A stretch of 64,000 nucleotides of DNA from Antechinus flavipes (lineage: Eukaryota), in the NCBI RefSeq assembly GCF_016432865.1, contig NC_067399.1:549878001-549942000 (forward strand). Reading direction: 5' to 3'. Every line of letters starts with the position of its first letter. Position 1 is the stretch's first letter. Of this stretch, positions 12,473 through 25,289 are shown in pieces. The notes beneath the pieces were generated by a model that saw nothing but the letters and a program-made list of their open reading frames with translations, searched no databases and was not told the origin of the DNA. Position numbers and translations under genes: made by a program.

Positions 12473-12625
12473 TATTTATCTGTTTATTTTGCTGAAGCAA
12501 CTGGGGCTAAGTGACTTGCCCAGGGTCACACAGGTAGGAAGTGTTAAGTGTCTAAGGCTAGATTTGAATTCAAAACCTCCTGACTTCAGTGCTGGTGCTC
12601 TATCCACTGCCCCACCTAGCTGACC
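12473..12625 (-). mobile_element. WSINE1-type tRNA-derived SINE with 15-bp TSD
   Basis: Minus strand reads gggtcagctaggtggggcagtggatagagcaccagcactgaagtcaggagg...acttaacacttcc...; TSD ctcattgactttatt at 12458-12472 and 12626-12640. Confidence 0.9.
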
Positions 12626-12907
12626 CTCATTGACTTTATTCGTATTTTTTTCCTCAAGTGATAAAAGCAGGATATCGAAGGCCTGAGGTCAAAGAGATGC
12701 TTGTAACTCTTTGCACCAGAGGTTCTTCACATATTAGTTGGAAGATCAGGCATATGCAACAGGAAATGGAATGCCTGTGGTCTAGGGAAGGTGTTCTTTC
12801 TTGATGTTGTAGAGCAAATCATCAAGCATAAAGTGGGAGTCTCTCATGGAAGGAAGAATCCTGTTGGAGCAGATAAAAGTTGGCTGACCTCTTAACACCT
12901 TCCCTTG

Positions 12908-13096
12908 CAAGGGTCCTCAAACTATGGCCCGCGGGCCAAGTGCGGCAGCTGAGGACGATTATCCCCCTCACCCAGGGCTATGAAGTTTCTTTATTTAAAG
13001 GCCCACAAAACAAAGATTTTGTTTTTACTATAGTCGGGCCCTCCTGTCTGAGGGACAGTGAACTGGGCTCCTATTTAAAAAGTTTGAGGACCCCTG
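12908..13096 (+). mobile_element. OC1/OposCharlie-type non-autonomous hAT transposon (MITE), copy 2
   Basis: TIRs caagggtcctcaaactatggcccgcgggcc...agtttgaggacccctg; homologous to 794-983; no TSD visible. Confidence 0.85.
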
Positions 13097-13099
13097 CTT

Positions 13100-15640
13100 A
13101 TAGCAGGAGATGAAAGATTATGATCAGAGGAAAGATAATCTGAAGCAGAAATTGTTTAAATTAATTAGTTCTGTTTAAAAATATAAACAGTTCAAAAGAG
13201 CAAGCTAGGCAGGGAAAGAGAAAAAAATTGAATGCAATAACCCAGAATATGATAAAGCTGAGAAATGAACTTGCTCATGACAAGAATTGCTATGAAAAAA
13301 TGGAAATCAGTTTGGCAGAAATCAGACTTAGAGCAAAATCTCCTACCATATGTGATTATAAGCTCAAAATGGCTGTCTTGAATATTAAAAATAATTACAT
13401 AAAAAGGAAGATAATGAGATAATATATCTTTGAAAGCTACAGCTACAATGTTCTTAATGAAATGAGATAGAGGTGATCTAAAAGATAAAAATGAATTTTT
13501 TGACTATATGGAATTGAAAAGATTCTGCAGTGACAAAATAAATGCAACTAATATAAAAAGAAAGACTTAGAAGAAAAATCTTGGGACCAAATGAGGTTTT
13601 TATATATTAAAAAATGGCAACTAACGCAAATACAAAACAAAAACTATTCTCCAAAGGATAAGTAATAAAACAAAACAAAAAACCTAGAACAAACATTTCT
13701 CCAAAGAAGAACCACAGAAATATAAATAGTGAAGTAAATAAAAATAGCTCATATCACATTTAGAATATGGATTAACTGATAGCACATAAATGTTTTATAG
13801 TGAACTTGAAAAATATAGAGAACTCTAATATGAACTAATGCTAAGCAAAGGAAATAGAGGTTGGAATGAGAGTAGGGTGTAGAAGGAGAATTCAGGACAC
13901 TCTTATCTGGGTAAAAAATGAAAAGAATTATAAGATGAAAAAAACTAAATGAATAAATGAAAAACTTTGAAAAGAATGAAAAATAGATTAGCAATTTAAT
14001 AAACATCAAAGACCAAGATTTAGGGAAAGAACAGATATAGAGGCATGTTAAATAAAGCTGGGATTAACTATGTTTAGGAAAGCTAATTACAGGAACCAAA
14101 TACTAACTTAAAAGAGCAAAGGAGTGAAATACAAAAAAAAAATATATTAAATTATTAAAAATTATTAAATGGGCAGAAATTTCACTCTAACAATTATATG
14201 TTTAACTGTGAAATTCCAAAACTACATAACAGAGCAAAAGAGAAAACCAGAATGCTTAAGAAAATAAAATTCCATATACGCAATATATTTTTAAAAAATA
14301 TATAATGAAGATGACATGATAAAGTAAAATTTATTTTATTGGGTGACAGCAGAAATTTCAGAAGTACAATCATACTATTAGGGATACTAATAAAAATATT
14401 CACCATCAAAAAGACTAATATAGAAACCATATTAAATGTACCATGGTCAATGAAGTAATTTCATTACTAAACTTATATACATCAAATGGCATAGCATCTT
14501 GAAAAGAAAATCGAATTGAATTGTAAAAGACTCATATTGTAATACATTAATTTCATGAAATTTTAATATCTCAGGGCAGGAAATCTAATAGGAAGATATA
14601 CATATACATATATGTATATATCTTATCCTATTTGTATGACACACATACACACACACAAAAAAAGAAAGTTAGAAAGGGATGGATGGAGATAACATCATGG
14701 CTAGTGCATGGTATGAAAATTTCAGAAAGTGTCACAAAAAAGACAAAATCCCCACTATCTAATCTGGGAATTTAGATGTATAATGTTGTAGTGGAATATG
14801 GAAGATGAGGATGACTGTTAGACTGGATAGTATGTGTGGAAGATGGTTGAGAAGTGGTGTGGGGAACATGTTTCTATGTAAGATAGAGCTGTCAGAACTG
14901 TGGAACCCAGATGTGCATTCTAACCTTACTATGGCAGGTGAGAGAGATGAGGATGGTGGATAGAGTATAACCAAGAAAGAAAATATAGAACAGAGATGAC
15001 TATTGACAAATTATATCTGAAATATGAGAATATACATGTTCAACATATAACATGACAAGCTCTCTTTTTTTAAGGATTGAGGAAATTATCAATAAATATA
15101 AAAATTGTGATATACCAAGTTATCTTTTAATAGATTATAAAATGTTATATAAAACAATTACAGAATACTATCCAAATGAGAGAAGACAAATAATTGCAGA
15201 GATATTCATTGTTTTTGGTTGGATTATGCCAATATAATAAAATTAATTAGAGTCTCCTAAATTAATTTAAGAACCTAGTGCTATGACTCAAACCATTAAG
15301 GGGTTACTTGAAAAACTAGGTAGAATAATCATAAGATTCATTTGAACAAAACAAATGTAACTCCAGGAAAACAATGGGAAAAAAATAGAAATAAATGAGG
15401 TAAAACATTTCTGGATTTCAAATTATGTTATAAAGCAATAAAGACAATTTTTTGATACTGGCTAAAAATAGAAAATTTGGATAGAATAGACAAACAGGGT
15501 TCAGAAATAATTGAGTACAGTATTGTTGCGGTCTCTAAACTCAAGAACTCAAAGGATTTGGGAGAAAGATATCTGACATGAAAATAACATCTAGGAAAAA
15601 TGAAAAGCAGTTAACAGAAATTAGGCTTAGACTGGCATAT
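13100..15640 (+). mobile_element. Old degraded L1 (ORF1 and ORF2 fragments)
   Basis: A-rich; translations such as FLRIEEIINKYKNCDIPSYLLIDYKMLYKTI resemble L1 ORF2. Confidence 0.65.
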
Positions 15641-16209
15641 TTAATCATATACATCACAGGGAGCTGATGAAGTTCTTTTAGGTCAAAATAGTACAGTCTG
15701 TTTTGTACATTATAATTTTGGGGATGGTATAAATTGAGTATATTTATGTGTGTGTGTGTGGGGGGGGGGTATGCTTATATTTTGGACAGACACTGCAAAT
15801 GGACAAATGATTGTGCCAAGAAAGAATTGAAGAAATTTATTGTCAGAAGCTTCTAGTTTTATCCTTGGCTCTGCCACTGGGTCATAGATTTCCCTGTGAG
15901 TAATCTTTTTCAGACTCCTGAATTAAGTATTTTCTTCCTACTCTGCTTTGGGATCTATATACAGCTTTATCCTCTATGGCTGTCCTAAACTTAATCTGGT
16001 CATTCTCCTTTAACTCATTCTTACTTTGCAATAGGATTTAAAATTGAATTATTTCTTTGACTTCCTTGATCACTGCAGAATCCTGGTCCTTTTTTTTCCC
16101 TATGCCTAGATCTTAATAATAATTTTATTAATTTTAGTTCTTTAAAGATAAAATCTGTGCTCTCTACAATCTAACTTCATGAAATCTCTTGGACTTTTTT
16201 GCATGGATT

Positions 16210-16385
16210 ATGGCCTCAAGGACAGTTAAAGCTGGAAAGAATTTTGGAGATCCTTTATTCAAGCATCTTCATTTTAAAGAAAAGAAAACTGAGACTCAGA
16301 GAAATTTAATGATTTCTCAAGGTCATTCAGATGACTTTATGGAAAGGTCATGATTAGAACTGAAGTCTCATGGAGTCCCATTCTC
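16210..16385 (-). mobile_element. MIR SINE
   Basis: gaaactgagactcagagaaatttaatgatttctcaaggtca. Confidence 0.7.
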
Positions 16386-17412
16386 CAAACTGGGCAAATC
16401 GGTCTTTTATACAGCCTATCCCAAGCATGCCCTGTATTTGAGCTCAGCTTATCTGAGTTGGTTCCACCAATGCTCATCATTTGACAAGCTATCAATTAAT
16501 TTATAAGTTCATCTTCCTGAATCACTCTTATATAGGGTTTAGCTTGCTACCTTGGTTTACCCTTCTCCTGTTACCAAGATTAATGTATTTTTAAAGATGA
16601 TATCAGCATAGAACAATTAGAATCTTACCCTCTGTTGTGTTCCAGTTAACTCTGGCTTTAGCCAGACTTAGAAAGATAAATCCCAATTCAAATAAGAATT
16701 TAGATTGTCTTATTTTTTAAAATTATATGTCTAAAACTAATGAGGGCAATAATGCATTTATAAATTAACAAGTTTTCATTAAGTATCTGTTATCTACCAA
16801 GCACCATGGAAAGTGCTGGGAATACATAAAAATATGTACAAAGAATGAAATAAACTACTCTCAGAGTAGTTTACATGTAAAATTTAAATTTTTCAATTTT
16901 ACTCATGAGGAGTTATGATCACAGGTTTTAGAAGAAGAATGGGAAATTATTGGCATTAGTGAAACTTAGAGTTTTTATCTAACTCCTCTAATCCTATCCC
17001 TTATGACAGATAATCAAGAGTTGGTTATATTAAGGTCCTATTAGAAATATAAGTATAAGATCTAACCAAGAAGTATTCTTTTTTGAGTTGTAACATTAAC
17101 TAGGAGACTTTTTTCATACAAAAATGAGGGCTATTTATTCATCCACAAATATTGTTATGCTTGCTTAATATATATATATAATATTTAAAATATTAATTTA
17201 ATTTATTCTTTCAAAATATGAACATTAAAAATTAAGGCTACAATATTTGCTATTTCTAATTGTACATTAGGGAATGTAATTTCTTAGCAATTACTTATTA
17301 ATATATGAAATGCAACTCATTATTTTAAATTAATGATAAGTATGTTAGGAAGGATATGTTTTGGGAAGTCCTAGAAAAGAAAATCCTGTTCTTTCCTTAG
17401 TGAGAACACCTC

Positions 17413-17463
17413 AAATAAGGGAGACTTTTAAGTTGAACTTAAACTTAAAAGTCTCCCTTATTT
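17413..17463. repeat. Perfect 22-bp inverted repeat with 7-nt loop
   Basis: aaataagggagacttttaagtt-gaactta-aacttaaaagtctcccttattt. Confidence 0.95.
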
Positions 17464-19029
17464 TAAATTAGAAAAGAAAATCATATCTGATTTCCAAATT
17501 AATATATTTTCTAAATTAGTATTTAAGTTGCCAATTACTGAAGAAAATTTTATACTAGTTAAAACTATTCTATGTGATTTTCTTCCCATCATAAAAACTG
17601 GACTTGTTAAATCTTCCAAGCCCCAGTGGACATGGTTCTAAGAGACTCCTATTAGTCACCCTATCTCTTGTGCATCAATGAAGATTTCATGGAAGAACAG
17701 TGCATAACTTTCCCCCATGTAACCAAAATGACAATCCAGCTCTTGCATGACCACAGGATCAAAGCACAATGGAGCTTCACTGGTATTTTATTCAATTAAC
17801 ATAGAGGGAACAAACTGTATTTTCACAGGAGGACATTGAGACTAGAAATGGTTTTAGACTGGGAACCATGAAGGTTTACAATTGTTTGTGCAGTAGTAAA
17901 ATTCTCTCGGTATTTTAAGGACATTATGATAGCTCTTTGCAAGTATATACTGGGAATATGCTCTGCTAAACCATATACTCTAGCAAAAAATTACTATGTT
18001 ATCATATCACACATGGATTATCTTTGTAATAGAAGTCTATCCAATAATTGCCAAATATTTTTAGTGCCTATAATCTTATCAGTGGAAAGCAAGAGAAAAG
18101 CAAGTTTATTTACTATAAAGAGATCATCAAGGCTTTGTTTACCTAAGAACACTAGCAATAATGCATGAAATTAACATAGTGTTTTTCATTTTTAGCCCAG
18201 AAATTTAAAAAAAATACTAAATAATTATGAGTTACCATTACAGTGACTTTTGCTTTACTTCCCTGTTCTCCACAACTCAGTTTTGTTTAATATGTATAAA
18301 GCTCTTTGGAAAGGAAGTCTGATATTTCTCTGCTCTGTTTTTTTCTTTTTCTCCCCTTCCCCCCACTGAAAGTACCATCACTTAGTTGATCTAGTGTCTA
18401 GCTGAGTTAAATATGAGAGAAAGTAAATTGATTGAAACACAATCCAATTAAGATAGAAGTGATGCTGATGGGTGGGCATGAAACAGTGAATAATATGGCA
18501 GAGGTAATTTCAGTTCTCTCAAAAGAAAGCACTTATTAGCCTTTTGCTTCTTGCTTTATTAGATAATGTATAAGGCCAGAAGCAACATTTTCTATCTTTA
18601 TTTAACTGAGATTCTAATCCTTTCTTAGAGTTATGGACCTTATCATCATTTTCCATGCCTCCTAGACTAGACAATTATCCTTAAATACCACTTTGGATGT
18701 AGAGCCTATGACAAAAGCAAGTCTGTTCATTTAACTTGGCCCATTTAGAAGGAAGAACACCTGTCTACATAGGGGTATCTACTCACTTTTCAATTCACTT
18801 AGGGTCTCTTTGAGTGGCTGATTGTATTAAAGCTTTTAGATAGATAGATATAGATATTTATTTATAGCTATATCTATCTATTTATACATCTCCCCATTTT
18901 ATCCTAGACTTCATTCCAACAATTCAAAAATCTGAATTTTAACAATCATGATAAAGGTTTTCTATAAGGAGAAAATTCTTATTCTTGCGACTCTCCTATA
19001 ATGTACAAAATAGAAACTTAATGAAGCCT

Positions 19030-21110
19030 CCATTGATGCAGGGAAAAACCTTTATTATTCTTGATTTATTCTGTATTCCACGTCTTCCTTTTCAAGCCCT
19101 TTCTTTCCTCAACCTTTCAAAGCTTCTCCCAATTCTCCTCTCTCAGAAAAGGTCTTAACATTCTACTTAAGAAATTCTATCCACTATGTATACTCTCCTT
19201 TTCCTTGTGCTGTACATCAATACTGCTTTACGTATTTACCCATATTCTCCTTTAATTCTATCTCTAAAGATCCGGTGGCCTATCTTTTTTTCCCAGGGAG
19301 AATCTATGCTTCTACCTGTCTATGTTGCATCTCTTTACCTTCCTTTTCCTTTAGCCATTTTCTTCTCTTTCCCTTCTTTGATCTTCTCAAACACAATGCC
19401 TTAATGTTTGCAAAGCACTTTATAAATAGTATTTTATTTAATTCTCTTAACAATTTCAAAATGTAGGTGCTATTATCATTCCCATTTTGCAGCTAAGGAA
19501 AATGAAGCAGACAAGTTGAGTGACTTGTTCAGGATCATACAGCTAATGCCTAAGGTTGGATTCAACTCAGATCTTTCTGACTCCAGGTCCAATTTTCTAC
19601 AACTGTAGCACCTATTGAAGCCTTCATATTTCAAAAAATTTCACCTAACTCTGAGAATATTACAGCTTATAGTCTTACATCTTTCCTCATTTTTACTACT
19701 AATTTTCTAGAACCAATTCTTCAAACTCACCACCCATTTCAATGTGGCTTGTTTTTTATTCAACTAAAATTCACCTATTTATTGTTTATTTGTTATAGCT
19801 GATAGCCTTTTTTCAATTCCTATTCTTCTTTATATCTGTATAATTTTTTATGCTGTTGTCTACCTTTTTTTCCTGGATATTTTTTCTTCCCTTGGCTTCT
19901 ATTTTCTCTCTCCATTTTTCTTCTTCCTGGTGGCACTTATGGAGTCTTCTTTATTGGATTATTATCCATAAACTACCATCTTAAAATGGGGTGCTCTTCA
20001 AGATTTGTTCTATCTCTGACTGCATATCCTTTTTAGAGATCCCATCAGCTGTTATAGTTTCAAATATTTAGATATTCTAAATCTATCTAAATAGATCTGG
20101 AGAAAATCATAAGCTCATGCTTATTATATCCACTACATAGTTCTATTACATAATCTTAACTGGGCCTTTTTTGCAGCAAAGCAATATGTTTACACCTCCT
20201 TAAACTATTAAGTATCCCAGTTATCAGAGAGCTTATTTCAAATTCCATCCCACCTTAACCCTCTCCCCTACCAGCCTTCCTACTTACTCTCTCAGCTGAA
20301 GATCTAGTTCCATCATTAATCAAAAACAAAGCAAAATAAACAACAAACAACAACCAGCCTAATCCATACTTCCCTTTTCTATCCCTTCACTCAGATACTA
20401 ATTCCCTCCTTTACTGTCTCACATGAAAAGGAAGCACATGTTGACAAAACAAACTCATGCACATGTGCTTTTAATTGAAGGTTCTCCCATTCTGACCAGC
20501 AGACTACCCTTCCTTTAATCTTGAAATTGCAAAAACTCTTGAAATTTCAAACACTCCCTGAATGCTAATGTTTCCATTATTCTAAAAAAAAAAAAAAAAA
20601 AAAACAAATAAACAAAACAAAACAAAACTATCACTTATTCCAATTACCACTGCTAGCTACTTGGGAGCTGTACTGACCCTTCTTAAACTTGTTAAGAAAA
20701 CCATTTAGTCTAGGTGTCTCTACTTCCTTTGCTTTCACTTAATTTAAAACAAACAAAAACAAACCTACTCCCTCTCTCTCCCCCCCAAACCCAAGCAAAC
20801 AAAATCCCCTCTACAATCTGGCTCTAAATCTCTCTGTTCCACTGAAACTGTTAACAATGATCTCCTTAATTACAAGCTCCAACGGCTTTTTCTCAATTAT
20901 CCTTCTTGACTTTTCTGGGGCTTTTAGTAAATCAATGACCATTTCCTCTGGTATACTCTCTCCTTTCTTGGTTTTAATGACATTGTTCTATCTTTATTAT
21001 CTTTTTACCTGTATGCTCCTTTTCAGTTTCCTTTACTAGATCTTCACTTGGCTTATGTTCACTAACTTTTGGCGTGTTTCAAAGATCTGTCATTTGTCCT
21101 CTTCTCTATG
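19030..21110 (+). mobile_element. L2 fragments (RT region) with an inserted MIR at about 19425-19615 (minus)
   Basis: CT-rich L2 motifs (tcttcttgacttttctggggctttt, tctcagctgaagatctag); MIR attatcattcccattttgcagctaaggaaaatgaagcag. Confidence 0.65.
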
Positions 21111-22435
21111 CTAAAGCCTGGATTCCCTTATTATTATTTTATTTTTCGGTCTACCATTTTCATAATGGTGTTTCAATATAATTTATTTCCTTCAACTTCC
21201 TATTTAAATTTACGCATTTAACAATATTATTCTAAGGAGGATTCCAAAGGCTTCACCAGACTTCCCAAAGGAATGGTTGAGTGAGATACTGTATAGAGTG
21301 CAAGAGCAACAGAAACAATATGTTTCTATGGACCCCATGGCACAAATCTGTGGACTGGCAGTGGAACTATCAAAATGGGAGGAATGATGTAGGAAGGTAG
21401 TACTAAGTGAATACATTAGAAATTTAGCACTCTTTTCTATTAATTCATAACACTATTATATTTTTGGTCTGTGGACACAGATTGTAATTCTTCTACCACT
21501 GATGCAAAAGTCTTCTTTGGAGGAGTTTTTATAGTGGAGAAAATGTGTAGTCCTCCATCTCAGGGATTACATAGTACAGAAGTTTTATTCATATTTCCAT
21601 TGGGAGTAGAACAATGCAATTTTCAAAACTTTTATAAGGTGCAAAAGTGCTGTGGCACATATGGAATACAGTTTTAAATTTTTTGTTTCTCCCACAGTAT
21701 CTCTAAATTATTAAAAATCTATGCCCATTCTCTGCTCATCTTCTGTCTTGACTTAATCCTTTATTCAATAGTTTAAGTATCTTACTCATTTTTGAGATGA
21801 GAATTATCATCTCAAGAATTAAGTTTTTCTCATTACTTCCTTTCCATAAGTGATCCCCTATGGATCTTTTTAATCTAACTCAAATGTTCTGTATATTAAT
21901 CTCCCCAAACCAATAGCAATTTCCTGAGCATATATTACTGATAAATTCTTTATAATAATAAAAATTTTTAAAGTTTTTCTATTATTCTATTATTGTCAAA
22001 AATTCCTGTGCCACATTTAACCTCCTTATCATTCACATACCCTTCTCAAACAAAAGACATTTTTCTGTGTTTTCATATTCCCTTTTAAAGTGGTCATCTC
22101 TTAATAGAGACAGTCTAGGACTCTGAAACTAAAAGTCTTGAAAGTAATGATGTTTCCAGTCCACTGACCTCAGCTATCATACTGGGAAGCAACTCTTTGT
22201 AAAGATGGAGACTGGCAACTGTTCCTGCAAATGCTATATGCAGATCTAGAAAGGAAAGTTCTTGCACCAAAGATCCTGGCCCTACAAAATAATACATTAT
22301 TAAAAAAAAACTACATTAGAAAGCTATATGATTTTATCAATGGAAATGACATTAAAGAAACAGCATTAACAATGGATCTGCTGCTATGTCCTATAAGCAA
22401 TGGAACTTTTTCATCTGACTTTACAATTGAAATCT

Positions 22436-22560
22436 TTCATGTACATTGTGTCTCCCTTTAGAATGTAAGATTCTTAAGGGCAGGAACTGTCTTGCTTTTC
22501 TGTTTGTATTCCTGGAGCTTAGCATAGTGCTTTGCAAAGAGTAAAATATTAACAAATCCT
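22436..22560 (+). mobile_element. L2 3' tail
   Basis: ttagaatgtaagattcttaagggcaggaactg...cttagcatagtgc. Confidence 0.75.
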
Positions 22561-22908
22561 TTTGTATATATATATTTCCATGTAATCTTCCAAACTGTTT
22601 CATATAAGCAGAGTATTCATAAACTTAAAATTACTGTCTTCTATTCCCTTAAATTTCTCTTTGACATTTATTTTTTTTCCTTCTTAAAAGAAGACCTTGG
22701 ATTATTTTGGATGCCAAAAAATATCTGGAATAATATTTAAAAGTTTTGTATCCCTAGATGTATCCCACAGCTGGACTTGGAGTAATGAAGACTTGAGTTT
22801 AAATTTTGCCTTAGATTCATATTAAGTATATGAATTCAAGTATGACATTTAACTTTTCTTATCCAGTTTTCTCACCAACAAAATGGGCTTGTAGTAATAT
22901 CTATATTT

Positions 22909-23274
22909 TGTAGAGGGCTGAAACTCCAAAAAGGTATGATTGAATCTGACAACTGAGCACTTAAGGCTAATTACCTATTCGATGTGAGACAATGATTCTA
23001 TTAGCCTAAGTTTGGATAAATGGCTCTTCTCACCATTGGTGCTTGCTGAATATTTGGTGTTAAGATAATCAGAGGCAAGACTTGGGAGAGGGAGGGAGAT
23101 AGGCAGAGCCACTTTGTGGCAGGAGGAGGAGGAGAAAGGCTAGTATAGAGAGTCCAGGAGCCTGGTAGCAGTTTATCTGTCTCCTTCACTTCTCCCCCTA
23201 AAGACCAAGGACTTTAATTCATCCTGACTCTGGCTGACCTTGAAGCCCTCCAAGGAACTATCCTGTACTTTACA
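22909..23274 (+). mobile_element. Solo LTR (366 bp) inserted in a MIR
   Basis: TG...CA termini (tgtagagggc...tttaca); near-TSD atattt 22903-22908 / atatct 23275-23280. Confidence 0.75.
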
Positions 23275-23549
23275 ATATCTCTGTAGCTCAGGGTTGTTGT
23301 AAAATAATATGCAAAAAACTTTGTAAGCCTAAAATTTACAAGAAATAAATGCTAGGTATTTTCTTTACTATTGATATTGTTATTAATTGATTCCCTAGCC
23401 CAACTCTTCTCTATTACTCTTTACATATTTTGTCTGTTAAAATTATATTGGATTCATAAAAAATGAAGAATTACTTACTCCAATATTAGCTATAACACCT
23501 TATGACTAGTTTGTTTTTTATCACTAGATAAAAAAAGTGGTCCCATATT

Positions 23550-23805
23550 TGGGGCAGCTAGGTAGTACAATGGAGGGAGAACTGGGCTCATTTTCATGAG
23601 TTCAAATCTTGCTTCAGACACTTGTCTGTGTGTCCCTCCCCTCCCTTCTCCCTCCCCCCCTCCCCGTGCATGTCCCTTAACTCTGTCTCAGTTCCTTATC
23701 TATAAAAATGAACAAGAGAAGAAAATGACAAACACTTTAATATCTTTGCCAAGAAAACCAGTCACAAAGAGTCAGACTCAACTGAAAACATGATTCAACA
23801 ACACC
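23550..23805 (+). mobile_element. MAR1-type CORE-SINE with internal CT-rich expansion
   Basis: ggggcagctaggtagtacaatgg head, gagttcaaatcttgcttcagacactt core. Confidence 0.75.
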
Positions 23806-23809
23806 TATG

Positions 23810-23990
23810 AATATTAAATCACAGGATTATAGATCTAGAACTTTAATGAATTATAGTGGTCGTTAGTCTAAGAGGCAGAAAATGAAGAGCAAAACTATTA
23901 AGTGATTTTCCAAGGTCATACAAATAGATAAATACCAAAGTCCAAATCTGAAATCAGGTTTTGTGACTCTGAATTCAGCCTTCTTTCCAC
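23810..23990 (-). mobile_element. MIR SINE
   Basis: ggattatagatctagaac...aagtgattttccaaggtcatac. Confidence 0.6.
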
Positions 23991-24879
23991 TGAACTAAAA
24001 ATGAGTATGGCTCAGTCATAATGCTATTCTAAATTAGTGGAAAGGGATTCAGGGATTGACAAACTATTTATTTCAAAAGCTATCCATGTGGTAGTTTTGT
24101 TTGGCACCTAGTAGGTACTGAAGAAATGCTAGGTGATTGACTGAGAAAACTACTAAAGGGTCAAGAAGGAAAAACCATTGGTCACTTTGTGTCTCTCTTC
24201 CCTCTTCCCCCATACCCCATCAACTAAATAAAATTATAGTTTCTTTTCTTTGGGTACATTGAAGGCCTTGGATTAGTTCCCAATGATTCAGACTCAGGAG
24301 GATATCCTCTCCCTGGAAAACCCACCTCTCTGACTACTATAAAAGCAAGTTGTAAAAATCTTCAAGCCCTTCCCATGATTTGAGAGAGCAATAAGAGTGC
24401 AAAAGAGAATAAGCCTAAATCAGAAAAGCTAATAGATACTTGGAAAGCACAATTAAAAGGATTTTTTTCCTCACTGTGGCTTCACAAAATCCCTTTGTAT
24501 ACCTACCAGAGGGGTTTTACTGAGTTTGGAAAGGGAATGGCAGAACTCCTCTGTGAGGAGAGGATGAAGGATAATTTCTTTCTTTGGAGAGGTTCTAAAT
24601 AAGAAAGAGGGGAACTGAAGATAATTTTTGCTTCAAGCATATTGCTTTCAGAGCAAAGAAAAGAACCTAGGAGAATACATGAGTAACCACACTATTTTGA
24701 AGCAGATCTTTTTAGTCATAAACTATATGACACCCTTCTTAGTAAGAGATTGCATATGAACTGCATTAGTTTGTGTACTGGTTGATAAAGGGCAGATATG
24801 TCATACTCTTAACTCAAGAGCTGTTGTTGTCTATAGAGGAAGCTTGGGATAATCTCCCCTTTGCCCTAAGAGCAGATCT

Positions 24880-25190
24880 CAGTCTTTAAAAACCAGCAAA
24901 AAATCTCTGACCACCAATAGCTATTATGGAGACAAGGAACAACAGACCCCAAACCCTGAGGGCTCTAAAGGCAGAATGTCTCCAGATGAAGCCTCAAAGG
25001 AAGATATACTTGCATTCCAATTCAAAAGACTCTCTTGGAAGAATTCAAAAAGGATTTTAAAAGAGAATTGGAATAAAAATTGGAAAAGGAATCGAAAGCT
25101 TTGAAAAAGGAAACAGAAATTATCTGAAGAAAATTACTTAAAAAATAGATTTGGTGAAATGGAAAAAGAAAACAACTCCTCAAAACTCTC
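24880..25190 (+). mobile_element. L1 ORF1 5' fragment
   Basis: atagctattatggagacaagg...gaagcctcaaagg...aaatagatttggtgaaatggaaaaag. Confidence 0.75.
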
Positions 25191-25289
25191 TTTTCTTAAT
25201 TTTCCTCTTTTTTAAATAAAAAAAATATTTCCCCCCAATTGCATGCCAAAATAATTTTAAAACATTTCATTAAAAAAATTTTTTTTCTT

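Noticed and set aside
492-13113. Similar peptides in ORFs 492..986 and 12880..13113 as a duplicated gene
   Set aside because: Both are translations of the same non-coding OC1 MITE family
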